Source: Candidatus Palauibacter sp. (lineage in GTDB: Bacteria > Gemmatimonadota > Gemmatimonadetes > Palauibacterales > Palauibacteraceae). Taken from it: a stretch of 64,000 nucleotides of DNA. Below are positions 58,000 to 64,000 of the stretch, in pieces. The notes below the pieces were generated by a model. It was not told where the DNA came from and made no database searches. It worked only from the letters and a program-made list of their open reading frames with translations. Location: contig NZ_CBDANE010000005.1 of assembly GCF_965197445.1 (NCBI RefSeq), positions 1,067,369 to 1,131,368 on the forward strand. The letters are read 5' to 3'. Position 1 is the stretch's first letter, and each line of letters opens with the position of its first letter. The position numbers and the translations under genes were made by a program.

Positions 58000-59223
58000 A
58001 TGCTGAGGTGTCTGAGGTTGACGACGGCGGGCGAGTCCCATGGCCCGGCAGTCGTGGCCGTGCTGGAGGGAATGCCCGCCGGACTGGCGCTCGAGCCGGG
58101 CGACGTCGCGCGAGAACTGACTCGCCGGCAAGGGGGGCACGGGCGCGGCGGCCGCATGCGGATCGAGAAGGACGCAGGCGAGATCTTCGCCGGTGTCCGC
58201 CTCGGGGAGACGCTGGGCTCGCCGATCGCGATCCGCATCCCCAACCGCGACTTCAGAAACTGGCGGGCGGCGATGGCCGTCGAGGCGCCGGATGTGGAAG
58301 ACGACGAAGTGTTGCGGCGCGTGTATCTGCCGCGGCCGGGGCACGCGGACCTCGCCGGCATGCTCAAGTACGGGCGGCGGGATGCGCGCGACATCCTGGA
58401 GCGGGCGAGCGCGCGCGAGACGGCGGCCCGCGTCGCGGCGGGGGCCGTGGCCAAGCGGCTGCTCGGCGAGTTCGGAGTCCGTGTCGAGAGCCACGTGGTT
58501 CGCATCGGACCCGTCGAAGCGACCGCGGGGCCGCTGCCGGAGGACCTGCTTGCGGTGGCCGATGCCTCGCCCGTGCGCTGTATCGACCCGCAGGCCGAAG
58601 CCGACATGATCGAGGCGATCGATGCGGCCCGCCGCGACGGCGATTCGTTGGGGGGCGTGTTCGAGGTGGTCGCGCGGGGCGTGCCGGTCGGCGTGGGGAG
58701 CCACGTCACCTGGGAGACCCGGCTGGGCGGCCGGATCGGTGGCGCGCTCATGTCGATCCATGCCATGAAAGGCGTCGAGATCGGCATGGGGTTCGAAGCC
58801 GCGCGCACCCGTGGATCCGATGTGCATGACGAGATCGACCGGGACCCTGCGCGACCGGAGAGCGGGGGATACCGGCGGCGGCGGAACAACGCGGGCGGGC
58901 TCGAGGGGGGGATGACCACCGGGGGAGACATCGTTGCCCGCGTGGCCATGAAGCCGCTCAGCTCGCTCCGCCGTCCGCTCGACAGCGTGAACACCCGGAC
59001 GGGCGAACCCGCGAAGGCCATACGCGAGCGGAGCGACGTGTGCGCGGTGCCGGCGGCCGGGGTCGTGGGAGAGGCGATGATGGCGCTTGTGCTGGCGGAC
59101 GCGTGGATCGAGAAATTCGCCGGCGATACGCTCTCGGACATGAAGGACAGCGTGGAGAGCTACCTGGCGAGAATCGGAGATGGTGGGCGCGGCGGGACCA
59201 ACGGTGGATCGGAAGCCCCGTGA
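58000..59223 (+). CDS. aroC: Chorismate synthase
   Basis: GESHGPA, RPGHAD, and MSIHA(M)KGVEIG motifs. Confidence 0.9.
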   Translation: MLRCLRLTTAGESHGPAVVAVLEGMPAGLALEPGDVARELTRRQGGHGRGGRMRIEKDAGEIFAGVRLGETLGSPIAIRIPNRDFRNWRAAMAVEAPDVEDDEVLRRVYLPRPGHADLAGMLKYGRRDARDILERASARETAARVAAGAVAKRLLGEFGVRVESHVVRIGPVEATAGPLPEDLLAVADASPVRCIDPQAEADMIEAIDAARRDGDSLGGVFEVVARGVPVGVGSHVTWETRLGGRIGGALMSIHAMKGVEIGMGFEAARTRGSDVHDEIDRDPARPESGGYRRRRNNAGGLEGGMTTGGDIVARVAMKPLSSLRRPLDSVNTRTGEPAKAIRERSDVCAVPAAGVVGEAMMALVLADAWIEKFAGDTLSDMKDSVESYLARIGDGGRGGTNGGSEAP

Positions 59224-59224
59224 C

Positions 59225-59785
59225 GTGGGGAGCGCACCGCGACGGATCTGGCTGGTCGGGCTGTCCGGGGCGGGGAAGAGCACCGTGGGCCCGCTCCTGG
59301 CGCGCCGTTTGGGATACCGGTTCATCGACCTCGACGGCCAGATCGAGGAACTGGCGGGAGAAACGATCTCCCATGTGTTCCGTACAGGCGGGGAGGCCGA
59401 GTTCCGCCGCCTGGAAGCCAGGGCTGCCGCCCGCGTGGCGGAGGTCACGGACGTCGTGGTAGCCACCGGGGGCGGCTGGATGGCGCGCCGGGACATCGAC
59501 CGGACGTCCGGCGGCCGCGTGCGCGTCTGGTTGCGCGTCCGGCCCGAGACCGCGATCCATCGCCTCTCCCGGGACCGCGCGCAGGACCGCGCGCAGCCTC
59601 GCCCGCTGCTGGCGGGCCCGAGGCCTGAGGCCGCGCTTTCCGCTCTGCTCGCCGCGAGAGAGACCGCCTATGCGGAGGCGGAACTCACGCTGGAGACGGA
59701 TGGACTGGAACCGGAGCAGCTCGTAGAGGTAGCGCTGAGGGGTCTCCGCAAGCTCACCGAAAAGGAGTGGAAGAACCGCCCGTGA
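59225..59785 (+). CDS. aroK: Shikimate kinase
   Basis: Walker A LVGLSGAGKSTVG plus LID and shikimate-binding regions. GTG start placed just after the aroC stop; an alternative ATG at 59180 would overlap aroC by 44 nt. Confidence 0.8.
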   Translation: MGSAPRRIWLVGLSGAGKSTVGPLLARRLGYRFIDLDGQIEELAGETISHVFRTGGEAEFRRLEARAAARVAEVTDVVVATGGGWMARRDIDRTSGGRVRVWLRVRPETAIHRLSRDRAQDRAQPRPLLAGPRPEAALSALLAARETAYAEAELTLETDGLEPEQLVEVALRGLRKLTEKEWKNRP

Positions 59786-62337
59786 AGCTATTGATTGTGG
59801 AATCGCCCGCGAAGGCGCGCACACTGAAATCGTATCTCGGCGATGGGTTCAGCGTGGAGGCCTCGGTCGGGCACGTCCGGGACCTCCCCAGGAAAGGACT
59901 TGGCGTCGATGTCGAGCGGGGCTTCGAACCCGAGTACGTGACCATCGAGGGTAAGGGGCCTGTGCTGAAGAAGCTCCGTGACGCGGCGGAGAAGGCCGAG
60001 TCGATCCTGCTCGCCACGGATCCCGACCGCGAGGGCGAAGCGATCGCCTATCACATCGTCGAAGCGCTCAGCGGGCGAAAAAAGAGTCTTCGACAGCGGT
60101 TCCGCCGCATCACCTTCAACGAGATTACGAAGAATGCCGTGGTGGAGGCGCTCGACCGACCGGGAGAGATCGACCTGCCCCGGATCGAGGCCCAGCAGGC
60201 GCGGCGCATTCTGGACCGTCTCGTCGGGTACAAGGTCTCCCCCCTCCTGTGGAAGAAGATCAGGCCCGGTCTCTCGGCCGGTCGCGTTCAGTCGGTCGCC
60301 GTCCGGCTTCTCGTCGAGCGGGAACGTGAGCGCCGGGCGTTCAGGAGCGGTACGTACTGGGATTTGCGCGCACATCTCGCCGCCGAGGGACGCGCCTTCA
60401 CCGCCGATCTCGCGACGCTGGAGGGGGCGGCCATTGCGAAGGGACGCGACTTCGACGAACGGACCGGCGCGCTCAAGGCCGGGCGGCGGGTGGTCCTCCT
60501 GGACCAGGACCGGGTCGAGGCACTCCGTGCGTCGCTTGCCGACGCGACCTTCACCGTCGGCGAACTCCGGGAGAAGCGGTCGAAGCGCAGCCCGTATCCG
60601 CCGTTCACGACGGCGACCCTCCAGCAGGAGGCGAACCGCAAGCTGAACCTGGGGGCGCGCGAAACGATGCGGATCGCGCAGGGTCTCTATGAGGCCGGGC
60701 GCATCACCTATATGAGAACGGATTCCGTCACGTTGTCCGAAGTCGCGATCGGGGCGATCAGGAGCCGGGTGGAGACGCGGTACGGAGCGGAATATCTGAG
60801 CCCCTCCCCCCGACGGTACAAGACGCGGTCCCGTTCGGCCCAGGAAGCCCACGAAGCGATCCGTCCTGCCGGGACCGAAATGGCGACGTCCCGCGAACTC
60901 GGACTCACGGGCAGGCAAGAGGCGCTCTACGATCTGATTTGGAGGCGGGCGACGGCCACCCAGATGGCGGACGCCCGTCTCAGGCATCTGACCGTCCGCG
61001 TGGATGCGGATGACGCACGGTTCCGTGCCGCGGGGAAGGTGATCGAGTTCCCGGGTTTCTTCCGGGCCTACGTGGAAGGTTCCGACGACCCGGACGCCGC
61101 GCTCGAGAACCAGGAAGTCGTGCTCCCCGACATGCGCGAGGGCCAGGAACTCGCGTGCCGCAAGGTGGAGAGCCGGAAGCACGAGACCAAGCCGCCGGCC
61201 CGTTTCACAGACGCGGCTCTCGTGAAGGAACTGGAGGCCGATGGGATCGGCCGGCCCTCGACGTATGCCGCGATCATCTCCACGGTCCTCGATCGAGGTT
61301 ACGCGGTGCGCCAGAACAAGCACCTGGTCCCGACGTTCATCGCGTTCGCGGTGACGGAACTGCTCGAGAACCACTTCCAGAATCTCGTCGACACGGGCTT
61401 CACGTCCGAGATGGAAGAGGCGCTCGACGAGATCGCCCGCGGCAACGTCGACTGGCGATCCTACCTCGCGGGCTTCTACAACGGGCGCGACGGCCTCGAG
61501 GCGCGACTGCTCGAGCGCGAGGCGGCGATCGACCCCCGGGAGGCCTCTACGGTGCGCCTCGGGGATCTTACGCCCCGCGTGCGGATCGGTCGCTACGGTC
61601 CCTACCTCGAGCTCGAGCTCGATGGCGCGCGCACCACGGCCCCGCTACCGGAGGGTGTCGCCCCGGCCGACTTGAGCGAAGAGCAGGCGCTTGAACTGCT
61701 GAAGAAACGCGCCCAAGGGCCCGACCGGCTCGGAGAAGATCCTGAGTCCGGCGAGACCATCTACCTGATGGACGGTCGCTACGGCCCCTACGTGCAGTGC
61801 GGCGAGGCCGTGAAGGGGGGCGGCAAGCCCAGGCGAGCCTCCCTGCCCGCGAACGTCCTGCCCGAGGACGTCACGCTGGCGACAGCGTTGAAGCTTCTGG
61901 CCATGCCGGCCCCGCTCGGAACCCATCCGGAGAGCGGCGAGCCGGTGAAGGTGGGAATCGGCCGGTACGGTCCCTACGTCGTGCACCAGTCCGACTACCG
62001 TTCGCTGACGGACGGAGACGACCCGCTCGACATCACGTTCGACCGGGCCATGGAACTCCTCGCGGTCCCCAAGACACGCGGGCGCCGCGCCGCGGCCAAA
62101 CCGCTCCGGACCGTCGGGGAGCACCCGGACGACGGCCAGCCGATCGCGATCCATAAGGGCCGCTACGGCCCCTATGTGAAGCACGGCAGGATGAACGCCT
62201 CGCTTCCCAAGGGGCTCGAGCCCGACGATGTGACGGTGACCATCGCGCTGGAGCTTCTGCGGAAGCGGAGGGAGAGGGACGCCGCGAAGACGGGGAGTGG
62301 CCGGCGCGGCCCCCAAGGGAAGTCGTCCCGGAAATGA
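59782..62337 (+). CDS. topA: DNA topoisomerase I with C-terminal RYGPY repeat domains (no zinc ribbons)
   Basis: Toprim N-terminus KLLIVESPAKA, the active-site Tyr region, and four C-terminal G-R-Y-G-P-Y repeats. GTG start overlaps the aroK stop (GTGA). Confidence 0.9.
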   Translation: MKLLIVESPAKARTLKSYLGDGFSVEASVGHVRDLPRKGLGVDVERGFEPEYVTIEGKGPVLKKLRDAAEKAESILLATDPDREGEAIAYHIVEALSGRKKSLRQRFRRITFNEITKNAVVEALDRPGEIDLPRIEAQQARRILDRLVGYKVSPLLWKKIRPGLSAGRVQSVAVRLLVERERERRAFRSGTYWDLRAHLAAEGRAFTADLATLEGAAIAKGRDFDERTGALKAGRRVVLLDQDRVEALRASLADATFTVGELREKRSKRSPYPPFTTATLQQEANRKLNLGARETMRIAQGLYEAGRITYMRTDSVTLSEVAIGAIRSRVETRYGAEYLSPSPRRYKTRSRSAQEAHEAIRPAGTEMATSRELGLTGRQEALYDLIWRRATATQMADARLRHLTVRVDADDARFRAAGKVIEFPGFFRAYVEGSDDPDAALENQEVVLPDMREGQELACRKVESRKHETKPPARFTDAALVKELEADGIGRPSTYAAIISTVLDRGYAVRQNKHLVPTFIAFAVTELLENHFQNLVDTGFTSEMEEALDEIARGNVDWRSYLAGFYNGRDGLEARLLEREAAIDPREASTVRLGDLTPRVRIGRYGPYLELELDGARTTAPLPEGVAPADLSEEQALELLKKRAQGPDRLGEDPESGETIYLMDGRYGPYVQCGEAVKGGGKPRRASLPANVLPEDVTLATALKLLAMPAPLGTHPESGEPVKVGIGRYGPYVVHQSDYRSLTDGDDPLDITFDRAMELLAVPKTRGRRAAAKPLRTVGEHPDDGQPIAIHKGRYGPYVKHGRMNASLPKGLEPDDVTVTIALELLRKRRERDAAKTGSGRRGPQGKSSRK

Positions 62338-63278
62338 CCCGGACCGCCGCACCGGCCGATTCACGGGTGCGAGCCCGAACCGAGTGGGTCGAGGACTTCC
62401 TCCGCTACGCGAGTGCCGAGCGCCGACTGTCCCCCAACACCGTCTCGGCCTACCGGCGCGACCTGGGTCAGTTCGAGGCCTTCGTGTGCGGGTACGAAGG
62501 AACCATCGACTGGGGCTGGGCGGATGTCCATCGTGTCTCGATCCGTTCCTTCATGGGAGAACTCGAACTCCGGGGCCTCAAGCGCGCCTCCATCGGCCGC
62601 AAACTCGCCGCCGTGCGCGCCTTCTTCACGTTCCTCCAGCGAACGGATCGGGTCGAGGCCAGTCCCGCCCTCCTGCTCCGCACGCCTCGCCGCGAGCGGC
62701 CGCTGCCCGCGTTCCTGAGCGAGGATCAGGCGCGCGCGCTGCTGGACTCTGCGGCCGAGACGGCGCGCCGGGACGGATCCGTAGTGGCGCTGCGGCGCTG
62801 GGCCCTCCTCGAACTACTGTATTCCTGCGGGCTGCGGCTGGCGGAGGCGCACGGCCTGGACGTGATCGACGTGGACCTCCACACCGGACAGGTTCGGGCT
62901 CTGGGCAAGGGAGCGAAGGAGCGCGTGGTTCCGCTGGGCCGGCCTGCGGCCGAGGCGCTCGGCGAGTACTTCTCCGCCCGCCCGTCCGGCGAGGCCGGCG
63001 CGGTCTTCCTCTCGATCCGCGGCACCCGGCTCTCGAGGCGGCAGATCCAGCGGGATGTCGCGGCCCGGCTCGCGCAGGTCGCCGGTGGCGAGCGACTGAC
63101 GACGCACTCGCTCCGCCACTCGTTCGCGACCCACCTCCTCGATCGCGGCGCGGACCTCGTTTCGGTCAAGGAGATGCTGGGGCACGCCAGCCTGAGTACG
63201 ACGCGGATCTACACGCACACATCCGTCGACCGCCTCAAGCGTGTACACTCCCGAGCCCACCCACGCGGAGGAGAATGA
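62334..63278 (+). CDS. xerC: Tyrosine site-specific recombinase XerC/XerD
   Basis: N-terminal SAM-like core-binding domain and the catalytic R…HxxR…Y pentad ([18 protein letters not shown]). ATG overlaps the topA stop (ATGA). Confidence 0.85.
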   Translation: MTRTAAPADSRVRARTEWVEDFLRYASAERRLSPNTVSAYRRDLGQFEAFVCGYEGTIDWGWADVHRVSIRSFMGELELRGLKRASIGRKLAAVRAFFTFLQRTDRVEASPALLLRTPRRERPLPAFLSEDQARALLDSAAETARRDGSVVALRRWALLELLYSCGLRLAEAHGLDVIDVDLHTGQVRALGKGAKERVVPLGRPAAEALGEYFSARPSGEAGAVFLSIRGTRLSRRQIQRDVAARLAQVAGGERLTTHSLRHSFATHLLDRGADLVSVKEMLGHASLSTTRIYTHTSVDRLKRVHSRAHPRGGE

Positions 63279-63282
63279 GGAG

Positions 63283-63864
63283 ATGATGGAACGCAACGCG
63301 GTGGGTTCCGGGCGCGTAAGGGCGACAACGATCCTGTGCGTTCGCGTCGGAGGCGAAGTCGCCATGGCGGGCGACGGCCAGGTGACCATGGGTGAAACCA
63401 TCGTCAAGGCGAGGTCGAGCAAGCTCCGGACGATGCGCGACGGACGGATTCTGGCGGGCTTCGCAGGCGGGGTCGCGGACGCCCTCACGCTGTTCGAGAA
63501 GTTCGAGGCGCAGCTCGAGCGACACCCGCGCAACCTCGCACGGGCGGCGGTCGAACTCGCCAAGGAGTGGCGGAGCGATCGTTATCTTCGGCGGCTCGAG
63601 GCGGTGCTTGCCGTGGCCGACCGCGAGAGCAGCCTGATGGTCGCCGGCACGGGAGAGGTCATCGAACCGGACGACGGGATCCTCGCCCTCGGCTCCGGTG
63701 GGCCATACGCGCTCGCCGCCGGCCGCGCCCTGGCACGCCGGACCGATCTCTCGGCTGCCGAAGTGGCGCGGCAGGCGCTCGAGATCGCGGCGGAGATCTG
63801 CGTGTATACGAACGAAGAGATCACGGTTATCGAACTGGCGGCCAGCCAGGCGAAAGGCACATGA
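63283..63864 (+). CDS. hslV: ATP-dependent protease subunit HslV
   Basis: TTILCVR…[13 protein letters not shown]…[14 protein letters not shown] and the GSGGPYA motif. The catalytic Thr is preceded by about 14 residues ([14 protein letters not shown]); start uncertain. Confidence 0.8.
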   Translation: MMERNAVGSGRVRATTILCVRVGGEVAMAGDGQVTMGETIVKARSSKLRTMRDGRILAGFAGGVADALTLFEKFEAQLERHPRNLARAAVELAKEWRSDRYLRRLEAVLAVADRESSLMVAGTGEVIEPDDGILALGSGGPYALAAGRALARRTDLSAAEVARQALEIAAEICVYTNEEITVIELAASQAKGT

Positions 63865-64000
63865 AGACAGATATCAGCCCTGTCCCGCCCCCCGGCGAGG
63901 CCAGGATCGCGGATGCGCTGACTCCGCGGCAGATCGTCGAGGAACTCGACCAGTACATCATCGGACAGGACGAAGCCAAGAAGGCCGTGGCGATCGCGCT
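63861..64000 (+). CDS. hslU: ATP-dependent protease ATPase subunit HslU (5' partial, runs off the window)
   Basis: [28 protein letters not shown]-terminus. ATG overlaps the hslV stop. Confidence 0.8.
   Translation, partial: MKTDISPVPPPGEARIADALTPRQIVEELDQYIIGQDEAKKAVAIA

Noticed and set aside
62334-63278. Tyrosine recombinase as a possible integrase marking a mobile element
   Set aside because: Its context (topA upstream, hslVU downstream; the codV-clpQ-clpY-like arrangement), the 4-nt coupling to topA, and its XerC-like motifs indicate the housekeeping chromosome-dimer resolvase. There are no flanking att-like repeats and no tRNA.
1-64000. CRISPR arrays, IS elements and rRNA
   Set aside because: No regularly spaced direct-repeat arrays, no transposase-like ORFs and no inverted terminal repeats, and no rRNA-like conserved stretches. 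The only repeats found are the short arrays reported at 22.9-23.0 kb and the G13 tract.

Overview
This 64 kb window has very high GC (about 70%), is densely coding (about 65 supportable CDS) and contains no rRNA, tRNA, CRISPR array, IS element or integrase. The tyrosine recombinase at 62,334 reads as the housekeeping XerC in a conserved topA-xerC-hslVU context, not a mobile element. GTG and TTG starts are frequent. Type I cytochrome c maturation genes, a secretin and a TonB-family protein indicate a diderm (Gram-negative-type) high-GC bacterium, possibly Gemmatimonadota-like; I cannot verify the taxon without a search.

Most of the window is housekeeping, in this order:
- MsbA-like ABC exporter, uvrA, a GT2 glycosyltransferase, gyrA, threonine dehydratase.
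- A DsbA-VKOR disulfide-bond pair and ccmABCD.
- csoR-copA with a recognisable operator palindrome, pspA, a sodium:solute symporter and an alanine/glycine symporter.
- Class V aminotransferase + serA, and a vapBC toxin-antitoxin pair with its operator.
- moeZ, rpe, and the threonine-to-glycine pair tdh-kbl.
- A complete type IV pilus locus: comEA-pilB-pilT-pilC-(hypothetical)-pilA-fimT-pilV-pilW-pilMNOPQ.
- aroC-aroK-topA-xerC-hslVU.

The parts least explained by known families are:
- A low-GC islet at 21.9-23.0 kb. It carries an AraC-type regulator with a degenerate receiver domain, two arrays of short repeats, and a small Cys-rich secreted protein translationally coupled to an NHL beta-propeller lipoprotein, followed by two membrane proteins.
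- A catalytically dead DEAD-box/DbpA-like protein coupled to an RCK-gated K+ channel.
- A tail-anchored protein with tandem PH-like domains.
- A MoeZ gene coupled to a cytoplasmic BtuF-like binding protein.
- A pair of unknown small proteins.

At least 17 gene junctions share a 4-nt start/stop overlap (GTGA, ATGA or TTGA), which I used to refine several start codons. Where I give a coordinate for a motif, it was counted by hand from the printed sequence and may be off by one or two bases.
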